A stretch of 64,000 nt of DNA from Pecten maximus (Eukaryota): contig NC_047026.1 of NCBI RefSeq assembly GCF_902652985.1, positions 3,906,001 to 3,970,000 of the forward strand, written 5' to 3'. The position numbers and the translations under genes are program-made. This document shows positions 59,506 to 64,000 of this stretch, one piece after another; position 1 is the first letter of the stretch, and each line of letters starts with the position of its first letter. Under the pieces are notes generated by a model that saw only the letters and a list, made by a program, of their open reading frames with translations, had not been told where the DNA came from and ran no database searches.

Positions 59506-62500
59506 TCACGTCCTTGTCACAGCAGCATGGTGCTTCACAAAAGCAATGGCTGACAACTCCTTGCAGAATTCTTCAAGGACGATAATGGCTTCAAGCTGAC
59601 CTTGACCTTCCAACCTGTTAACAGACAATTATTTGAAGGTCATTCAAATATATTTTGTTTGTATTTTACCCAACTTACCTGTTGGAAATATTAAATTCCA
59701 CTTGACATAGAAAATGTTAATTAGGTAATTTATGAGATGCCCGGTAATACCACTGCAGAGTGCTTTAAAAACAATTGCCTGAAGACACTGAAGGTACCCA
59801 GAATCCACCTGTAACTCACACAAACTACCAAACATACAAATCATGTCGGGGCAAATCAACAAAAGCAACACTGTAACAAAAACAACAAACAAAACAAGTG
59901 ATTTTTGTTAAGTGTGCAGTAAACATTTGTAATAAATGAATAAAAAAAATCTCATAAATACAGATGTCAATTTCAAATTTGTCAACACATTTGACATGAA
60001 ATTGATATTGTAGGTGATTTTCTTACCCTTGTTTTACAAAGGCCTGTATCTTTTCCATTGGGAAAATACAGAGGTATTTTTTGCCGATTCGGGAAATATC
60101 ATAAACAGACCTTTTTGATGTTTAATTTTGATTTTATCTTTGATAAATAGAAACTAGTACCAGAAGTACATCTGCTTGAAATACAAACTGATCATTATTT
60201 CTTCATACAAATTGACGTACAGGGCCACTTTAACAATTTCTGATTTGAAAAATATGATAACGAAATTGGGAAAATAAAACAAAATCTCACTCGGGGAAGG
60301 GGCCTATATTCAGCCGCAAATGTACCCCAGAAATTTATTATTACTGATAGCGTTACTGTCCAAACAGAATCCCCCGGAAATTTATTATTACTGATAGTGT
60401 TACTGTCCAAACAGAATCCCCCAGAAATTTATTATTACTGATAGCGTTACTGTCCAAACAGAATCCTGCAGAAATTTATAATTACTGATAGTGTTACTTT
60501 CAAAACAGAATCCCCCAGAAATATATAATTACTGAGAGTGTTACTTTCAAAACAGAATCCCCCAGAAATTTATTATTACTGAGAGTGTTACTTTCTAAAC
60601 AGAACCTCAATCACTGGTATAGATATCCTACTGTGCAGCTGCTTGGAATTCTGTGTGCGAGAGATGACAATGATAGCAACGTAGGACATGCATGTATAGG
60701 AATGTCTCCAAAATCACCAATAAATTAAACCCTGTCCAAAATATCCCCCTTCACCAATAACCAAAGAAACACTGATCAAAAACAGAGCAAATCTGTATAA
60801 ATGTCGAAACTTTTCTTATTTCTATAAGGCAAAGCATAAGCCAGGTTTTCGTATGACAGTAAATTCAGCAAAATTCCTGAATAAGATCATTCTACATTCA
60901 GTTATTTAGATAAAATCTGATACTCTGACTGGTGAAATAAATTTTCATTTGTGAAATAGATACATTTCGAGGATATAGCAATTCAAAACGTAAAACTATA
61001 TTTTTGTTATTATCATAAAGTTTAATTTCTTACTTGTTATAATGTCTGATGTCAGTAACAAAATCTGTTTTTTAACTACAAAAATAACAAAAATCTTTTT
61101 GTCTGAGCCGTAACCTTAAAACCGTTTTAAAATGAGACAGAAGAGATATTTTGCGTGTGTTTTTTTTATTTCTCCTGTTTAGAAAGCAGTTTACAGAAAA
61201 ACCTGAAGTTATTTCTGTAGTTTCCTTACAACGATGAACGTGAGAACTTTGTGGAGTTGTATAGTGTTTAAGCGAAGTGATGCTGCTCCTCATCACTTTA
61301 TCAAGGTCTGATACTATGATCCTTAACTGTGATCTAAGCTGTAAAAGGTCCATTTGGGTCCCTATACATGTGTTGACCAAGTGCCTTCAAGGAAAGACTT
61401 GATACCGAATATCTATCACAGAAGAAACACAATAAACCGATATTGAGGAATTTCCCTTTTTTTTTCCTTCTTTTTTTTTTCCATTACAATGTACTTATTT
61501 TCTTGTAAAATATAAACAATTTATGATTTGCATTTGGGAATGATTTATTTTGACTCCATGAAAACTGAAACAAACTCCACACAGAACAGTTTTTTATAAC
61601 TATGCTTTAAATACTGTGCTTACAATTTTAATGAATTTTCACCAATAAATGACGAATAAATTTTACTTCCACAAAAGATTTTCATAGATCTTACAAAACT
61701 TTATAACCAGATATATTTTATCAATCTTCTATGAAAAATCTGGTGTTGTAACTGCATACTTTTTCTCCCGAGCACTGATTATTTCAAACCAGAAAGAATA
61801 AGATGCAGACCTTGATAAAGCAAGAAAACAATGCTAATATATAACAATGCCACTTACCCAATGTTAGTAGTGTTTAACATCCTCAGGCTAATAACACAAA
61901 TCAAAGGTCAAGGTCACACTCAAAGGTCAAGGTTATTGCCATAACAGTACAAAAGCAAATCATAGGTCACAATCACATTCCGAAGTAAATACTGCATTAA
62001 GGAAAATAATATTTTGTAAATACAAACAGAAAATCTGTCAAGGTCACATTCGATGACATTAGTTTGATGATTGACAGGTGAGGGAAACTTAAATAACCAG
62101 AGTATAGTACAGCTCACTCTCCAGTTGATAAACCAAAGTTAGTGTCAGTAGAAAATATTTACTTATTAGTAAAAATGAAGAAAAGAAAATAATTTATTAA
62201 TTTAAAAAAAAAAAAAAAACCACTATCAACATATATACTACACATATGCGTATAAGAGGTCTTAGTCCGCCTGATTACATTGGCGAATCTGGTTACACGG
62301 CGCCTGTCAAAAGTTTCTCGCCGTGTTGAACCTCTAACATTCTTGGAGTACATATATACTAGAATTAAAGGTGTTAATTATGCATATTTGAAATGATGGC
62401 ATGCCGAAAATTAGCATTCTTTCATCAACATGCTTCTGCAATGGGCATTCAAAGCACAGGTTGACACCATGCTTACATTATCAGTACCTGTTACATGGGC

Positions 62501-63952
62501 ATTCACAGCAATTCAGGCATTGCCATAATATACTCATAACAAGTGTGGGACTTTTGGTGGGGAGGTTCTGACTGAGAACTTACACTGTATAGCACAAGAT
62601 AACAAGAAATGGATCAGAATCCGTTTTACAATGTACTGGTACAACAGACAGAAGCTACATGTATATAACTTAAATCATTGCTGAGAAATACATTACAGAT
62701 GCTGTCAGACACATGTAATCCAGATTTCTCTGACAAGACATACCTGTGGATGTTCTGTGATATGCCCATCAGTTGTTTCCTAGCAACAACCAGCTTCTGG
62801 CTCAACCCTGGGTCGTTGCCAAGCTTCACGCTAACTTCGCTGGCAATCTGTCATAAAAACAATTGAGTTGTAACAAAATGATTTTTTTGCAAACAAATTT
62901 ATCCAATTAACATCTTATCAAAATTGAAGAAGATAAAGTAAACAGAACAATATCGGAGCGTTTATTTAAAATGGTTGATACAATCACAGATCTGCTGAAC
63001 AATGCATTTTGTTTAAAAGTTATAGTTGGTAGAGGGCATAGTCACAGATTTGTGAGGGTCCATCGATATATTTGTGCATATAGACAGCCAGTCCTGAATC
63101 AAGATGAGGGGGCCCATATAATCACACATCTATGACCAGGTAAAAAACAAGCCGAAATAATTTGTCTATTCCATATATAGTCCTAACATGATTGTGCCAT
63201 CTATGTGTATGCGTGCATAAAGGTGTAAAAAATATATGTTTTTCTTTTGAAATTTGATGAACATTCTATATTTATTATCAAGTTAAGCTAATTGTTATCT
63301 AATATATTCTAACTCAGTGTACAAATGGTTCCTTTGGTCATTTGTTTGATGAAGGCGACATACTACATCATTTCACCAATTGTGATGGAAACATACATGC
63401 TAACATATTTATCCTCAAACAAGCATTCTGGGTATTGCTTAAGCAAAAACATGTCTCCTACTGGTTCCAACTAAAAATAGTGACCTTGACCCAAAAACCC
63501 TGAAACTCGAACTTGATCTGTAGCTACTTACACTGAAGTTACATACCAACTTTCGACAACATACCAAGAAGCATGGCTGAAAAAAAGAAAGTGCGGAAAA
63601 AACTGAGTGGACAGACGAAACCCGTAAGCCCCTCCCCCCTCCTGTCTCGCCAGTTGGGGGCTAATAAGCCCATATTTGAAGGCAGAGGTTTATAATTGCG
63701 GATAATTACGGTATCTATGATGTAGGGATGGTGGTTACTGTACAGCGTCTATGATGTAGGGGTGAGGGTTACTGTACAGTATCTATGATATTGGGGTGAG
63801 GGTTACTGTACCTTGGTAAGGATAGAGAAGAGTGTCCTGGTGCCATCCTTTACCGGTAGACTGGGCTCCAGCAGGTATTCACTGAGGTGTGGATGGGGCA
63901 ACATAGCCAGCTTAGACACCAGCAAGGTCACCTGAAGGTTCATGGAGTACGA
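59506..63952 (-). CDS. FHIP2A: FHF complex subunit HOOK-interacting protein 2 (FAM160B/FHIP2), last three coding exons: 63812-63952, 62744-62847, 59506-59614; gene continues beyond the window
   Basis: [30 protein letters not shown] / [11 protein letters not shown] / [21 protein letters not shown] match the FHIP2 C-terminus ([31 protein letters not shown]); GT-AG sites and phases consistent. Confidence 0.92.
60328..60605. repeat. 47-bp minisatellite (CAGAAATTTATTATTACTGATAGCGTTACTGTCCAAACAGAATCCCC) x6
   Basis: Tandem units in the FHIP2 last intron. Confidence 0.9.
63705..63811. repeat. 34-bp tandem repeat x3 starting exactly at the FHIP2 splice donor
   Basis: Minus strand GTACAGTAACC.TCA.CCC.A.ATCATAGA repeated three times from 63811. 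Confidence 0.8.
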
Positions 63953-64000
63953 CTGGAACACAAAATGTATTTTTCACAATTGTGCCTTATATATATATAT

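Overview
AT-rich, intron-rich eukaryotic DNA. The repeat families and gene content suggest an invertebrate, most likely a bivalve mollusc (inference). Four conserved genes can be spliced by hand: QDPR (minus, 6 coding exons, 19045-26823); KCMF1 (plus, 7 coding exons, 27247-35982), head-to-head with QDPR and carrying an AT-AC minor-spliceosome intron and a 1-nt deletion in exon 3; a FEM1-family ankyrin E3 adaptor (minus, 40840-43322); and the last three coding exons of an FHIP2/FAM160B gene (minus, 59506-63952). The first 10 kb hold a disrupted NLR-like gene (death-fold-like N-terminus, STAND NTPase, ankyrin repeats) with minisatellite-filled introns. The rest is a dense nested TE landscape: a mariner relic, hAT/PIF/piggyBac-type MITEs, CR1 fragments, V/Meta/CORE SINEs and Helentron-type elements with 155-bp internal satellites. 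The most striking structures are two complete miniature LTR retroelements (24479-24857, 43899-44346). Their LTRs are built around a tRNA-Thr(AGT)-like Pol III cassette, and each has a PBS, a PPT and a perfect 4-bp TSD. Solo-LTR relatives are also present. All family and orthology calls come from recognition by eye; no searches were run.
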